A stretch of DNA of 64,000 nt. Source: Octopus vulgaris (lineage: Eukaryota). Shown piece after piece: positions 1 through 14,326 of the stretch. The stretch is taken from positions 58,962,001 to 59,026,000 of the forward strand of contig OX597826.1 in assembly GCA_951406725.2 (NCBI GenBank), read 5' to 3'. Each line of letters opens with the position of its first letter. Position 1 is the first letter of the stretch. A program made the translations under genes and the position numbers. The notes under the pieces are model-generated. The model worked only from the letters and a program-made list of their open reading frames with translations, was not told the DNA's origin and made no database searches.

Positions 1-2732
1 TCATAGATTATATTCTGATCAGAAAACGTGATATGAAAGACGTTTCTAGTGTTCAGGCCATGAGAGGAGCAGTAGACTAGACTGACCATCATGCAGTGCG
101 TGGAATAATAGATTTTTTGATAATGCTTAAAAATCGACAGTCTGGTTCTAAGGTACCCAAAAATGTTGCAAACTTTAAATTATCAAGCAAACTTTAAATT
201 ATCAACTTGCAAAGATTCAACGATGCTATAGAGAGTATCAATCTTCATCCAAACAAAATATGGGAAGATTTCAAAACAAAAATATTTCAGTCTACAAGTT
301 CGTCAGTGGGATTTAAATCACATAAGTCCAGTGATTGGTTCTCAGATAGATCAGAAGAAATTCATGATTTACGTTTAGAAAAACAAGACTTAGGCAATAC
401 ATTTCTTTCCCTGTCCTTGAACCCCAACTCAAACGAAGCTCGCAGAAAGCCGAAAAGGAAAGTGCAGACTGCTCTAAGGAAAATTAAACAGGAGTAGCGG
501 AATGATAGAGAAAAGGGAGCACAAGAAGCAGCTGATAGAAATGATGCCAAGAGTTTGTACTTTTACGTTAATGATGTATATGGCTCAAAATCTTCTTCAG
601 TGAGAACAGCAAACGGACGTTTGCTTCTGATTGACACCGCTTCTAATCATAAGCGCTGGGTAGAGTTGACATGGGGACGATAGAAAACATCGAACACCTT
701 CCAGTTATAGAAGAAAGTGCATTTGAACCAGTTCTAAATGATATTTATTTAGCTGTGAATAAGCTGAATAACAATAAGTTTCCAGGGTCTGATGGAATCC
801 GTGCAGAGGTTTTGAAATATGAGGGTGACAAAATGTTTGAACTCTTAAATATATTAATTTGTCACTGTTACAGAACTGAGAAAGTGCCTCAAGACTGGAT
901 TGATACCATTTTAGTATCCTTGTATAAATCATGGCCAAAGGATCTGTGTGGTAATTTTCGCGGGATTTTGCGTTTGTCTGTGGTTGGAAAGGTGCATGCC
1001 CGCATTTTGTTAGAAGGTTTAAATACCTTCATAGTTCCAAATATAGTGCCTGAGTCTCAGTGTGGCTTTCGTTCCTACAAAGGCACAGCTGATTGTATCT
1101 TTACTGTCAGACAATTACAAGAAAAGTGCATTGAACTGAATCTTGCTCCAAACCATTGGTTTGTTGATTTGAACAAAGCATTCGATACTGTTAATCGAAA
1201 TGTTCTGTGGCTAGGTTGCCCCCAAAATTTGTAAACATGATCAGGGCTTTGCATCAAGATATGAAAGCTAGAGTTAACCTTGGCGGTAGGCTCTCTGGAT
1301 CTTTTGACGTAAAAAATAGAATAAAGCAAGGAAACCTTGATGCACTCACCCTCTTTGCAATATACTTTGTTGTTGTGTTGTCAAATGATTTTCAAAACTA
1401 CGAGGAGAGTATTTACATAAAATATCGAACAACCAGGAATGTTTTTAATCTGAACAGACGGAAATTCAAAACGAAGGTTTTTACTTCACTAATTAGGGAA
1501 CGTTTTTACGCTGACGGTTGCAATCTTGTCGGTCATTCTGAAACAGGCCTGCAATCTCTTGTATCTGCATTTGTCTCGGCTTGTGATGGTTTTGGCTTGA
1601 CCATCAACTTGAAAAAAGCAGTTGTAATGCACCAACCTGCGTATGGTGCTGTTTGTAACCCCACCAAAACTTTTGTGAAGTGTAAGTTACTTGAGGTTGT
1701 CAATTCGTTCATCTACGTTGGAAGCTCTGTTCAAAATGATAGAAATCTTGATACAGAAATACACCTGCAAATTCAAAGGGCAGCAAAAGTATTTGGTGAC
1801 TTGGTGTCACGCGTTTGGTGCCAGTGACATATAAATAAGAATACAAAGCTGGCTCTTTACAAATCATTTGCCTTACCATCCTTGTTGTTTTCCTTTGAAA
1901 CTTGGACTTGTTATGAAAGTCATTTTAAATTGTTAGAACAACTCTACCAAAAATACCTTCATCGCATTTTGAAAATTAAATGGAATTCTTTTACACAGAT
2001 GTCTTTGCATCTGCAGGCATCACCTCAATTGAAGCTATGATTTTGAGGAACCACATAATATGGTGTGGCCATATTGTTCGAATGGCAGATGAACGCATGC
2101 CGAAACAACTGTTTTATGGTGAGCTTGCAGAAGAGAACCGCTATCGGCGTAAACATATAAAAAGTTTTAAGGACAGCATAAGGACTACTATGAAGTTATT
2201 TGGAAAGGATCCAGAAGACATAGAAACACTTGTTTCGGATGGAGTTGGTTGGCGAACAAAAGTGTGGAGTGGAGTGAAAGCATTTGAAGAGGCCAGGATA
2301 ACGCATGTAAGACTCAAAAGAAATCTAAAGAAGATTGTAACGATCGAGAAAGTGAATGTCAACGACCTTTTTTTTTGTGCAGTCTGTGACAGACTATACC
2401 TGTCTATTGCTGGACTCAAATCTCATCTGTGAACACATGGAAAACAAACCTCCACCAACTAATCAATGCACACCTTTGTCTGCGCACACTTTTGAATGCA
2501 GTATATGCCAGAATGTTTGTAAAATCCAACGGAGGCCCCAAAAGATATTTTAAGATTCAGAAAAATCAGAACTTATCTACAGCTCTTCGTGGTTCAAATC
2601 AGATGTGCAATCTATGTGGTTGGCTTTTCAGAACGTTGTCTGGTTTAAAAAGCCCCATCAGATGTGCTAAAGTGCTAAGGTGTAGGTACAGGAGGTGGTC
2701 AAACTCTGCATAAGGAGTAGACGACCACCACA

Positions 2733-2735
<3 letters not shown>
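1..2735 (+). mobile_element. Decayed RTE-clade non-LTR retrotransposon (end of APE domain, RT, C-terminal C2H2 fingers); 5' part lies outside the window
   Basis: Frame from nt 3 reads IDYILIRKRD...*TDHH (APE C-terminus). ORF 671-1234 has KFPGSDGI, NFRGILRLSVVGK, PESQCGFR and FVDLNKAFDTV. ORF 1207-1827 has IKQG..ALTLF, YADG (degenerate YADD), GLTINLKK and FIYVGS. ORF 1980-2432 has WCGHIVRMADERMPKQLFYGEL, typical of RTE. Several stops and frameshifts, including a 19-bp tandem duplication at 168-205. Ends in (TA)n. Confidence 0.93.
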
Positions 2736-2768
<33 letters not shown>

Positions 2769-2838
2769 GTCTACTCATTTATATACAACTATATACATTT
2801 ATTTCTATTTAAGCGTGTATATATGTATATGCGTGTGA

Positions 2839-2890
<52 letters not shown>

Positions 2891-3253
2891 CATATATGTT
2901 AATATAAAACATTACATACGTTCATATTTGTGTGCGCAGGCGTGTCTGTGTGGGGTCGTTGACAAACACAGCATGTGTTGTAACGTGTGTTTGTCGGAAT
3001 AGTGACGCGAAGCATGCCGGAAGTTCAGCTTGTAATCAATCCTAATTGTCTTGTAGTCTACCGGAAGCCGCCTTGTCAATCAATTACCGGCTAAGACTTG
3101 TTAATTTAAATGAAAATAAATACCAGTATGCTATATCTACAGCCATAAGGACAAGTATATATATATGTATTTACAGACCAAGTCGAAAATATACTCTCAC
3201 ATATACACACTCTCACACACACCCGCACACGAACACATATTTGCATATACATA

Positions 3254-3322
<69 letters not shown>

Positions 3323-3477
3323 GTGCGCGCACATACAGACACATATATGTGTACACACTGACGTACACATATACGCATAAATGTACGCAATACATACTTA
3401 TGTATCTATTTATCTACTTGTCTAGCTAACTACTTATCCATCTCTATAATTTATGAATTTGTATGTATGTATGTATG

Positions 3478-3521
<44 letters not shown>

Positions 3522-3621
3522 CGTATGTTTCTATGTATACGTGTATCCATATATACATACACATATATACATATATGCATACAAAAATACATACATACAT
3601 GCACACACGCGCGCACACACA

Positions 3622-3689
<68 letters not shown>

Positions 3690-3706
3690 CGACGGGTTTC
3701 CTTCAG

Positions 3707-3875
3707 TGAAAGGAGGATGAGTTATTTATGATTTTATTCAACATACTTCCTTCTTTGATTTACACACTTTTCGCAGCGGTTCTTCAGCTTTTCCAACTCC
3801 CAGCCCAATAAAAGAACTTGGATCGTTGCCTTCCAGCCAAGCCTTTCACTGTACCTTTAAATCCAGAAACTCTTC
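3707..3875 (-). mobile_element. Short mariner transposase C-terminal fragment
   Basis: Minus strand reads EKLKNRCEKCVNQRRKYVE*, matching the mariner end L..RW.KC....G.YVE*. Confidence 0.55.
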
Positions 3876-3989
3876 AGGCACCGCCTCTTGTATGTCTATA
3901 TATAGATAGATTTGTGTGTATGTACATAGAGAGATATGTGCGTATGCCGCATGGCACCTGTGAGAGAACATGGCTTGCTATCGTGGTTT

Positions 3990-4540
3990 CTGTCCATAGA
4001 CCCAGTGGTGCCTTGTGTTCTTGAGCAAAACACTTCATCTCATGTTGCTCTGCGATCCGTTTAACACCTGCCGTGTGGTACACCTCTGCACCTGTTCCGA
4101 CACCGTCGATTTGATGGAGAAAGTGAGCTAATGTGCGGCACGAACACTTGACCGCTATAAAAAAAAAAACGATAAACGTCACCCTTACCAAGACTAACCA
4201 GGCTCATGCGCCAGTTTCTGTGACGTATGTGTTCCCCACAGCTGGACAGGACGCAGCGTTACTCAAGAAACAGGAACAGAGAGTGAGAGAAAGTTGTGGC
4301 GAAAGAGTACAACAGGGGGCGCCACCCATCCCCCTGCCGGAGCCTCGTAGATCTTTTAGGCGTTTTCGCTCAATAAACACGCACAACGCTCGGTCTGGGA
4401 ATCGAAACCGCGATCCTTCGACCGCGATACCGCTGCCTTAACCACTGGGGCCATTGCGCCTCCACACTTGACCGCTATAGACCAGACATTTGTGCAGGTC
4501 GTTCGGCAAAATCTGACTGCTCATACGTCACCTTCGACGG
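3990..4540 (+). mobile_element. Older SINE-like element interrupted by a younger SINE
   Basis: Contains the SINE-type motif gtgttcttgagcaaaacactt (related to 16370-16545) and continues on both sides of the 16-bp duplication at 4144-4159/4464-4479. Confidence 0.5.
4160..4463 (-). mobile_element. tRNA-derived SINE (family C) with 16-bp target-site duplication
   Basis: Minus-strand head tggaggcgcaatggccccagtggttaagg...ggtttcgattccc has Pol III A- and B-box-like motifs. TSD acacttgaccgctata at 4144-4159 and 4464-4479. Confidence 0.85.
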
Positions 4541-4833
4541 GAGTGTCCATCAGCATATATGGCCACCATCCAGTTTCCGCTGTCCAAGTTCATTTAGACG
4601 GCATTGGTGACTCCCGATCAAAACTAGAACACACACAAATTGCCGCACTGCAGTGGGACCGAAACGTATCTCACATGAGCTTCTTAACTGCAGAGTCATA
4701 CCGAATAAGCCATTCAGCAATCTTATCATGAAATCATTCAAGTTCGCTACATCTGATTAGAACTCATTCCATTCAAACGATATACATATACGTACATACA
4801 TACATACATACATACATACATACATACATACAT

Positions 4834-4917
<84 letters not shown>

Positions 4918-4964
4918 GTATATATATACACACATATGTGTATATATGCATGTATATATGGGGT

Positions 4965-5023
<59 letters not shown>

Positions 5024-5135
5024 GCAAATATATACATTATACATATATATGTATGCATGTATGGATGGATGGATGTATGTATATATGTATGCATGTATGT
5101 ATGTATGCATGTATGTATGTATGTATATATGTATG

Positions 5136-5169
<34 letters not shown>

Positions 5170-5749
5170 TGTATATATGTATGTATGTACGTACGTATGG
5201 ATGGATGGATGTATGTAGAGACAGAGAGCTCTGCCAACCATAATAGAGTTTTATTGGGAATATATGTCACTGATATTTTAGAAGCTGGCACTGTATGACG
5301 TCTGACGATAAATGGGAGATTCTAGAGATGAAAGTTCTATCTGCAACGGAATATAACATCGTAAGCGTACTCAAAGAATCACACACAGAGAGACACACAC
5401 ACGCACACAAAAACATATACATATATATGCATCTATCTATATAATTATGTATGCATAATGTCTATATTTTTGTGAATGTGCGTGCGTGTGTTTTAGTGTG
5501 TGCGTGTGAATACCGTGAATCTATATAAAGAATTGAGAACGAAGAAAAACGAAAACCAACTGTTTAATAAGTTCGGTAGAGAAATCATTGTTAAATGGTT
5601 GCTGAATTTGAAAAATGCTAATTTTAACGTTTCGGATATTTAACTTTCTTCGAAATAATGAATAGAGCGAAAATTGGGGGGGGCAGTACCAGGAAAAAAA
5701 CGAAATAGACGCATATACCTTTGTTTCTTCCTGTGTCTTACGCTCTCTC

Positions 5750-5803
<54 letters not shown>

Positions 5804-5989
5804 CACTTAGATACTCTGTGCATGCATGTGCAAGCGTAAGATGGATACGTATACACTATTTCATACTCAAACTGCTACGTCTAATATATCTAATCTGTTT
5901 ATCCGCATAATTGCCTCTATAGATGTATGTATATACGTAGGTATATATGTATATATGTATGTATATATGTATATATGTGTGTATATATA

Positions 5990-6170
5990 GGGAGAATTCA
6001 CGAAAAAATACGAAGACAGGTGTAGAAAACAAACAGATGTATTAGTATAACGCTCGGGAATTGAAAAAGTATTTTACGTTTCGAGCCTACGCTCTTCCGC
6101 AGAAAGGAACGGAAAAAGAAACAAGGAGAGAAAAAAATGTGTGTAGTGGCTACCGATCAATCATGGCGAC
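5990..6170 (-). mobile_element. PLE pseudo-LTR-like short repeat carrying a hammerhead-like motif (copy 1)
   Basis: Homologous to 44520-44690 and 50980-51150 (shared ttttacgtttcgagcctacgctc and gaagacaggtg). Flanked by TA/TG microsatellites. Confidence 0.7.
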
Positions 6171-6259
6171 TGTGTGTGTGTACACACACACACACATATA
6201 TATATGTATGTGTATGTATATATGTATGTATATATATATATATGTAAACATATATACAT

Positions 6260-6296
<37 letters not shown>

Positions 6297-6659
6297 CATA
6301 TACACACATACACACACACACTCATCTATATATACATAACTTTTTCTGTCTCTAACTCTCTCTAACGATAGATAAATAGATAGATAGATAGATGTACATA
6401 TAAATGTATATACGCACGCACTTAATACACAAACATATATAAATATACTTATGCATGCATGAATTCATACGCATAAAATCTCCAGTGGCGTTATGCTTTC
6501 ATTGCACACACCACCAACTTGCCATCCACGTTACATTATATTAGATTGTTATTATACACACCTTAAATAAACATTATTAAAACTAAATTATCATCATTTT
6601 TACAGAGAATTACAGCCGTTTTGTGAAGAACGTTTAAGCGTAGATGTTGTTTGTCACTG

Positions 6660-7510
6660 CATGAATGTAATGGTGGTGGTGGTGGTGGTGATATTGGTTG
6701 TGTTTGCGCGGGTGATAATGATGGTGGTCATAGTGGTGATCGTGAGATTGTAAGTGGTGATGATGGTGGTGGTGGTGGTGATGGTGGTGATGATTTTTAT
6801 TTCTTCGTAATGATGGTGGTGGCGGGTTTGGTGATAAGCTTAGTAGATGTGTTTAGTATGTGTCGTGGCGGTGTTGGTAGCGATAGAGTCATTGATGGTG
6901 GTGGTGGTGGTGGTGGTGGTTTGTGGCGGAGGCGGTGTTGGTGGTGTGGAAGATGGTATAGGGGGTTTGGTGGGTTTTTTTTGTAGGTGGAGTGGTGTGG
7001 GTGTTCTGAGTGATTATTGGTGGAATGGTGGTGCAGTGGAGCAGTGGTGGAAATGTGATGGTGGCGGTGGTAGCTTGGTGGTCTTGTTGCAGTGGCGTTG
7101 CTGGAGTGCTACTGGTGGTAGTGGCGGTGATGGTGGTGCTGGTGATGGTTGGTGGTGGTGGTGGTGTGGTGGTAGGATGGTTGGTGGAGTTTGTAATGTT
7201 TACTAGTAGTCACATTGTTTCGAGTATTAGTAATGCTTTTGATGTTGGTTGTGGTGTTGGTGGTGGCGGTGGTGTGCTGGTGGTGGTAGTGGTGGTTGTG
7301 GTGTTGTCATTGGTGGTACTGATATTGATGGTGTTGGTGGTGGTGATACTGATGGTATCGGTGTTGGTGTTGGTATTGGTGGTGGTGGTGGAAGTAGTAG
7401 TGGTGGTGGACGTAGTGATGGGTTTGGATGTAGTGGTGGTAGTGGTGATGGTGGCGATGGTGGCGGCGGTGGCGGTAGTGGTCGTAGATATTGGTGATCG
7501 TGGATGGTAG
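6660..7510. repeat. Degenerate (GGT/GAT)n low-complexity tract
   Basis: Imperfect trinucleotide repeats; all frames translate to poly-G/V/W. Confidence 0.85.
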
Positions 7511-7700
7511 CGAGCTGGCAGAAACGTTAGAGGCATTTCGTCCGTCTTTACGTTCTGAGTTCAAATGCCGCCGAGGTCGACTTTACATTTCATCGTTTCG
7601 GGGTCGATAAATTAAGTACCATTTGAGTACTGAGGTCAATCTAATCGACTGGCCCACCCTCCCCCAAAATTTCGGTCCTTGTGTCTAGAGTAGAAAAGAT
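7510..7700 (+). mobile_element. tRNA-derived SINE family B
   Basis: gcgagctggcagaaacgttag...gagttcaaat...gaggtcgacttt...ggggtcgataaattaagtacc, homologous to the other family-B copies. Confidence 0.85.
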
Positions 7701-8114
7701 AGTGGTGATCGTGGTACTGGTTGTTGATGTTGGTTGTAAAGGTAGTAGTACTCATGGTCCTATTGTTGGCAAAGTCGATGGAGGTTTGTAATGGCGATGG
7801 TTGTAGGTGTATTGCTGTCGGTGATGGCGAAGGTAGAGGCGAGATATCAGTGGTGACGCTATTGGTATAAGCAAAAGCTGCGTTGGTTTCAATGGTGTTG
7901 GTGATAATGGTAATGACGTTTAATGGCACTTGTAGACACTGCAATGGTGATCATGACATTCGTAAGTGATACAAGGCTGTCTCAGCCATGTTTTCCAGCT
8001 TGCTGTTAAGCCTGAATTGTCTTTTCCATTCGCGCAAACACTTCGCATCATGAGAAACACTATTGTCTCTTTCTTATTCATCAAGATTTTACATTGCTGA
8101 GTTAATTTCCTCGC

Positions 8115-8335
8115 TTACTCTTTTACTCTTTTACTCTTTTACTTGTTTCAGTCATTTGACTGCGGCCATGCTGGAGCACCGCCTTTAGTCGAGCAAAGCG
8201 ACCCCGGTACTTATTCTTTGTAAGCCCAGTACTTATTCTATCGGTCTCTTTTGCCGAACCGCTAAGTGACGGGGACGTAAACACACCAGCATCGGTTGTC
8301 AAGCAACGCTAGGGGGGACAAACACAGACACACAA

Positions 8336-8369
<34 letters not shown>

Positions 8370-8533
8370 GCATATATACGACAGGCTTCTTTCAGTTTCC
8401 GTCTACCAAATCCACTCACAAGTCATTGGTCGGCCCGGGGCTATAGCAGAAGACACTTGCCCAAGGTCCCACGCAGTGGGACTGAACCCGGAACCATGTG
8501 GTTGGTTAGCAAGCTACTTACCACACAGCCACT
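8115..8533 (-). mobile_element. tRNA-derived SINE family A (internal TA/TG microsatellite, (GTAAAAGA)n tail)
   Basis: Minus-strand head gtggctgtgtggtaag...gggttcagtccc (A/B-box-like). Body matches 23553-24027 and 43898-44313. Confidence 0.9.
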
Positions 8534-9249
8534 AAATTTAAATTAAATTATACTAATTGCATCGGCCAAATCTTATTCGCAAATCTGTTAGAGAATATAA
8601 AAATATGTCGACTGAACACACGGGTTTGTGTGGACTGTACAATGTTGCACTATACTGAAGAGGTCTAAGAGACTGAAACAAGCTCTTAGATGGCCTATAA
8701 TTTAAAGCAAAGTGCGATGATATTTCTTGCGATTATTGATATAAAATTTAAGAGAATAATCTCTTAATATCTTGAAATTATTCCCCTTTTTATGGATTTA
8801 GTTGATAATAATTGCCATTAGCGTTTCTTTTTCTTTTTCCTCCTAATACAGAAATTTTTATCAATCAAACTTTTATTGCGTACGAACGACATCAAGTATA
8901 GAGCCACTTAACTTGTTTTTACAGACAGGTAGTCTGTGTAGACGACGTAGAGACAGACAGGACAAAGGCAAACAGACATTTATGTTTTTATGTTGTTTAA
9001 TGTTTGTTTTATTTCTTCGCGAATCTGTGTTAAATGAGACAATTGAAATGCTGTCATTAATATGTCTGTCTGCGTGTATGACTGTAGGTTAAAACAACTT
9101 TGAAAGTACTGGCAGCTGTCTATCAGTCTAACATGGAAGACAGAGTCTTTCGTAGGTTTTGTTGTTCTTAGGCTTTGGATAAATAATTCTTACAATGGTC
9201 AAAGCAGGTGAAGAGGGAGGTGGTGATGGAGGCGCAACAAGCGGCCGGA

Positions 9250-9284
<35 letters not shown>

Positions 9285-9975
9285 AATATATATATATACT
9301 CAAGCACATCTCTCTCTCTCTCTCCATATGTGTGTGTGTGAGAGTGTGTATGAATAAGGAGACTGAAAGGAAGAAAAAGAAAAAAAGAAGATAAAGAAGT
9401 GATAGAACTGTAAGAGAAAACAAAGAGGAGAAGGAGAAGAGAGGGAGTGAAAAGGAAGAGAAAAGAAGAAAGTGTGTCAACGAAGCAAAAGGAGTGAAAA
9501 ATGTAGGATTGAAAAAACAGATTGCATACAAAGAGATAGAGACAGAAAGAAACAGATCAAACAGTGAGACAGACAGACAGACAGAGTGGCAGAAGAGCCT
9601 GTATAATTGTGTGTATGCATTTGCACGCATGCTTGTGTGTGTGTGTGTGTGTGCGAGTGCGTGCGAATGATCAAACCATTGAAATACGAATTTTGCCAAG
9701 AGTGTGGTTCAAGTTTAGTGTGGTTCAAGTTTATATAATTACCGTTGATCTTCCTCCACCCAGCCCCTTGCCGCCACGCCCCTACGTCTCCACCATTTTG
9801 AAATGAAGTCTAAGTTATTCTTTCTTGTTTTTTTCAATCATTCTTTACTTCGTAGCATTCGTTGGATAAACTTATACTTGCTTCGCAATTACACACACAT
9901 CAAACACATGCACACACACGCACATGCACTCACATACACACACATACGCACGCATGCACGCACGAAGAAGTATAC

Positions 9976-10913
9976 ACACATACATACACACATGCAAGCA
10001 ATATCTACCGTTCAACACATGCCACCCCAGACACGCTAGAATGAATATCCCTTTCAACCTAGCAAAAACGATTTGTACTGTAGTTCCTAATACAAGCACC
10101 AGAGACACACGACTACATGAACAAAAGGATACACTCATCACCAGAAAGTACCCACATTTACTAATTGATATATGCTTTCAACGTGCCCTACAACTCAACA
10201 TCCACGAACTCAGACATCCCAAATTAAAGAATGATTTACAACCAAAAGCCCTACCTTATATCTCCACACACAACCCCCTTAATAATGAAACCTTCGACAT
10301 CATCCGCCAAAACATTCCTCTACTAAAAGGGGACCACAGAATGAATTTAATCCTCCTAATGCACTCAATCATATAGAGCAAAAGACAACCCTAATCTATG
10401 AAAAGTCTCCTAACACAAGCACGAATAAGCTTAACAACAACACTGAAGCCGACAGTAAAAAAATGCTCAAGACCTAACTGGTATATGCTTCAACCTAATA
10501 GAAGGATCAGAGTTCTCTTTCAAACAGGGTCAACGTTTCACAGTGAAAAGCAATTTCACATGTGCTTCGGAGAATCTGATATATGTATTTATCTGATCTG
10601 GGTGTCGAGAGAAATAGATAGGCCAAACCAAAAACGCCTACGTAACAAAAACGCAAACAAAAAAGCCTACGTAAAAGGATGTCTCTGCACAAATCCCAGA
10701 TCAAAATTCCGAAAAACAGAAAAATAGCATTCAGCGAACACATCGACAATTGCGCCAATAACAGACAACCCAGCTTCATAATCCCCCCCTATCAATTCAG
10801 GGACAATACAACCTGTATTCAGCACATTAGTAAAGAGTCATTCTTTATAACAAAATCTAAACCCCTTTTGAATGCAGCCACCACAAATGACATTATCACC
10901 AGGACCTTAGAAT
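9976..10913 (+). mobile_element. Penelope-like element fragment (RT C-terminus/thumb plus GIY-YIG endonuclease), pseudogenised
   Basis: KQYLPFNTCHPRHARMNIPFNLAKTICTVV resembles the PLE motif YL...S.HP.H....IP...A.RI. Then LPYISTHNP, KCSRPN (Cys linker), and an alternative frame FTCASENLIYVFI*SGCREK*IGQT (GIY-YIG). Confidence 0.85.
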
Positions 10914-11114
10914 AACACCCACGCAAATATTGAAAACGATATATTCAAAACAGTCACTTCACGTGAAATTATTTAGAACAATTCCAACCACAACGGGTAA
11001 CTTTTAGGGCACTTGACCATTTAAGAGGATTCCACCAACATCTTGCTACTGTCACACCACTCTCGCATTCTTCTTCTCCTTCCTCTTCTTCTTCTTCTTC
11101 TTCTTCTTCTTCTT

Positions 11115-11145
<31 letters not shown>

Positions 11146-11199
11146 AGTAATCATCCTGAATCAAATAAAAACCCGTTAATATCCAGCATAGTGGAAAAT

Positions 11200-12560
11200 G
11201 ATATCAAATCTGTAATGTAATGAAAAAATATTTACGGAACATGCAGATTATTACGACATGGCTCTAGCCAAAGCTGGATACAAGAGAAAAGATAAAATAC
11301 CATCAACCTAATGATAAAATTATAAATGATAGAATTAATTATACGACAGAAACTAAAACTGAAAAGGTTGCTAATTCAATCAAAGCTAAACCTATAAGTA
11401 AAAACAAACGTAGAATTAGTAAATCATCTGATAATAAACTATTAAGTGGTAATAATAATAAACTCGAAATAAGTAAACATCATTCTCGAGATAGAAAACA
11501 CAAAATAAAAAATAAAAAAAACTAACATTAAATTATCTCATAAACGTAATATAAATACTAAACAAGAGATAAATAATTATAATTATTCTTATAGCGATAA
11601 ACATGTAAATAATAAATCGAATTATAATAATAAACCGATAACTCTCCTGGAAACTCATATCGTTGATAATCTACGTAGTACTTGTAATACAAAAAAAGTA
11701 CTATATACCCCTTCCATTACTAAATCAAAAATAGACCATAAATTTTCTAAAAATAATTCTGAAGAACCTAATACGATTTGGTTTATTATTTGCTATGCAA
11801 ATTAAAAATTATTTAATCAAATCTGTAGACAAGTTTATTTATAAGCATTTTAAGAATGATAATAAATTTAGTGAAATTATTAATAATAAACATGTCAAAG
11901 TCGGCTTTAGTTTAACTCATAATCTATTTATGATTTTATCATCTTTTACCAATAAAAAATTAGATAGTTTTTACAGAAACAAAAATATCCACTACAAAAA
12001 TTCACCTCAAACCCAACGTAACCCTGAAAACCTAAATAGAAATGTTAAGGGCCATAAATATATTAATGATAGAAGGGAAATAACCCATATTACACCCTTT
12101 GTAATGATACTTCGAATGACATATATAGGGGTGTAACTGAAAATTCTGACTGTAAAGTTAAAATTAATTGTAAATTTAAAAATCTATGTAAGAAAGATAA
12201 CTTAGTCAACCAATGTGTAGATGAATCTCAGGGAAAGAAACTATTATACAGAATCAACAGAAAATAGAATTAAGATTAGAGTGGCTAACCACAAACAGCT
12301 ATAAAATAGACAAAAGGTAGATTCTACTAGATTAAGTAAGTTTATATGGGAATTAAAGGAAAATAGCATTGAATATAATATTAAAGGGAAATTTTTGAGT
12401 TTTGCACACTCATATAAAATCTCCAAAAAAAGAAAAAAGAATAATGGATGTGGGATGTGTACTGCAGAAGCATATAGAATCCTTATATCTAGATAAAATT
12501 TACTGAAGTTAAAAAGGGAAAAGAAATGTAACTTGCCTTCATTCAGCGATATATGTTTTC
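11200..12560 (+). mobile_element. Second, AT-rich Penelope-like element fragment with GIY-YIG-type endonuclease
   Basis: KHFKNDNKFSEIINNKHVKVGFSLTHNL, CKVKINCKFKNLCKKDNLV, IKIRVANHK..STRLSKFIWELKENSIEYNIK and GCGMCTAEAYRIL match the PLE endonuclease region (R..NH...ST.LSK.IW.LK...C.LC..E). Confidence 0.75.
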
Positions 12561-13177
12561 TCTAAGTATATTAAAGTTTATCTTTATAGCATAGGGTAAC
12601 TTCATAGTTATAGCATAGGGTAATATTAAACTATGTAATATACTATACCTATAATATTCCCTAACATATTACTGAAAATGTCTCGTAGTTATATCTATAA
12701 ACAATAATTGAGATAGATACTGTTGATTACACCACGTAAGATACATGATATATTCGACGTTAGTACCTTAAATTAACAACTAAAATTCTAACAATGTCCT
12801 AAACAATAATTATTAATAATCATTAAATATTTTACTGAGATTATTTCATCACCACCTTTTGATTAGATATTGTAGCTATTTCTATCAACATTAGTTAGAT
12901 GACATAACATAACAAATTCATATCTATAAATATCACAACAGTCTATCTGAATTTATAGCTAACTGAATATTTATAACACTTATCTTACAATACATAATAT
13001 TTTTGGCTTATTATCTTAAGGTAAAATTTATTTCATACTATAATTCACAATACTTATTAATTAAATAATGTAGATGAACTAAATTCCCATATATTGATAA
13101 TATCCTGGAATTCTTTCTATAACCTACATTTATGATAACGTAATGCACAAGATTTCTATCTATCAAGAATGTAAACA

Positions 13178-13231
<54 letters not shown>

Positions 13232-13567
13232 ATCGTACCGATATATGGTAGATAATTATCTCTGCTTATTTTATGTAAATGTATTTCAGAGAAGCATTAG
13301 TTAAATCACACTTAAATATAAATAAATGCTACCGAACTAAAGGTTATAATGCGTGTATGTGTGTATAGCTGTATGAATTATGTACTTTACATATATGCGT
13401 GTATTTGCGTATCTGTTTATTTATGTATACATGTGTGTGTACATACGAGCATGTATGCATATATACATATATATATATATATAAATGTTTGTATATATAT
13501 GTATATGTATATATATTTGTATGACTGCATGTATGTATGTATGTATGTATGTATGTATGTATGTATG

Positions 13568-13614
<47 letters not shown>

Positions 13615-14326
13615 ATGTATGTGTACATATGTGTATATATGTATATATATATCTAATAAATATTTGAGCGAGGTATAAACACTAGCAGCACGAGAACGTG
13701 AAGTATATTTGCCACCTAAATGAGACTAACCCTTAAGGGTCGATGCTGCTGTATCTTGTAGCCCCAGGAAGACACACACACACACACACACACATACACA
13801 CACACATACACACACACATACACACACACACACACGCACATATGCATGTATATAAACTTGCTTGAAAATGGATGCGTGATGTATGCATGCGATTTTTACT
13901 GTGAGTCTTTTATTGCCATATAATTCGAAACACGCATATTTTGTGAAACCGCTATGATTTTCTGAAAAGCTTAACCACATGTAAACTAATTTAAATTTAT
14001 CCAACCAATGGGCACTGATCAGTAGATAGAGTCTGTTATATTCTTTTTTGTTTTATTTTTGTTCTACTTTCATTTATTCATTTACTTTATTCTCATCTTA
14101 TTTATTTGATTTTTTATACCTTATATTTTAATTTCTATGTATTTAATTTTATATTACTTTATTTTATTCCACCTTGTCACTTATTTTATTTTATTTCTTA
14201 TATTCAAATTAAACCGTTATCACTCACGCACACACATAACTAAAAAATAAAATAAAATAACTTCATATACTTCGTCTGCCTGTATGAAACCAGAGGTCAA
14301 CATGTAATCATTTATTGTATATCTTT

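Noticed and set aside
3010-3075. Two CCGGAAG ETS-like motifs suggesting a promoter
   Set aside because: Short motifs with no associated gene or other promoter evidence.
4385-4463. tRNA-like sequence as a true tRNA gene
   Set aside because: It is the head of a TSD-flanked SINE and runs into SINE body; the same applies to the other SINE heads.
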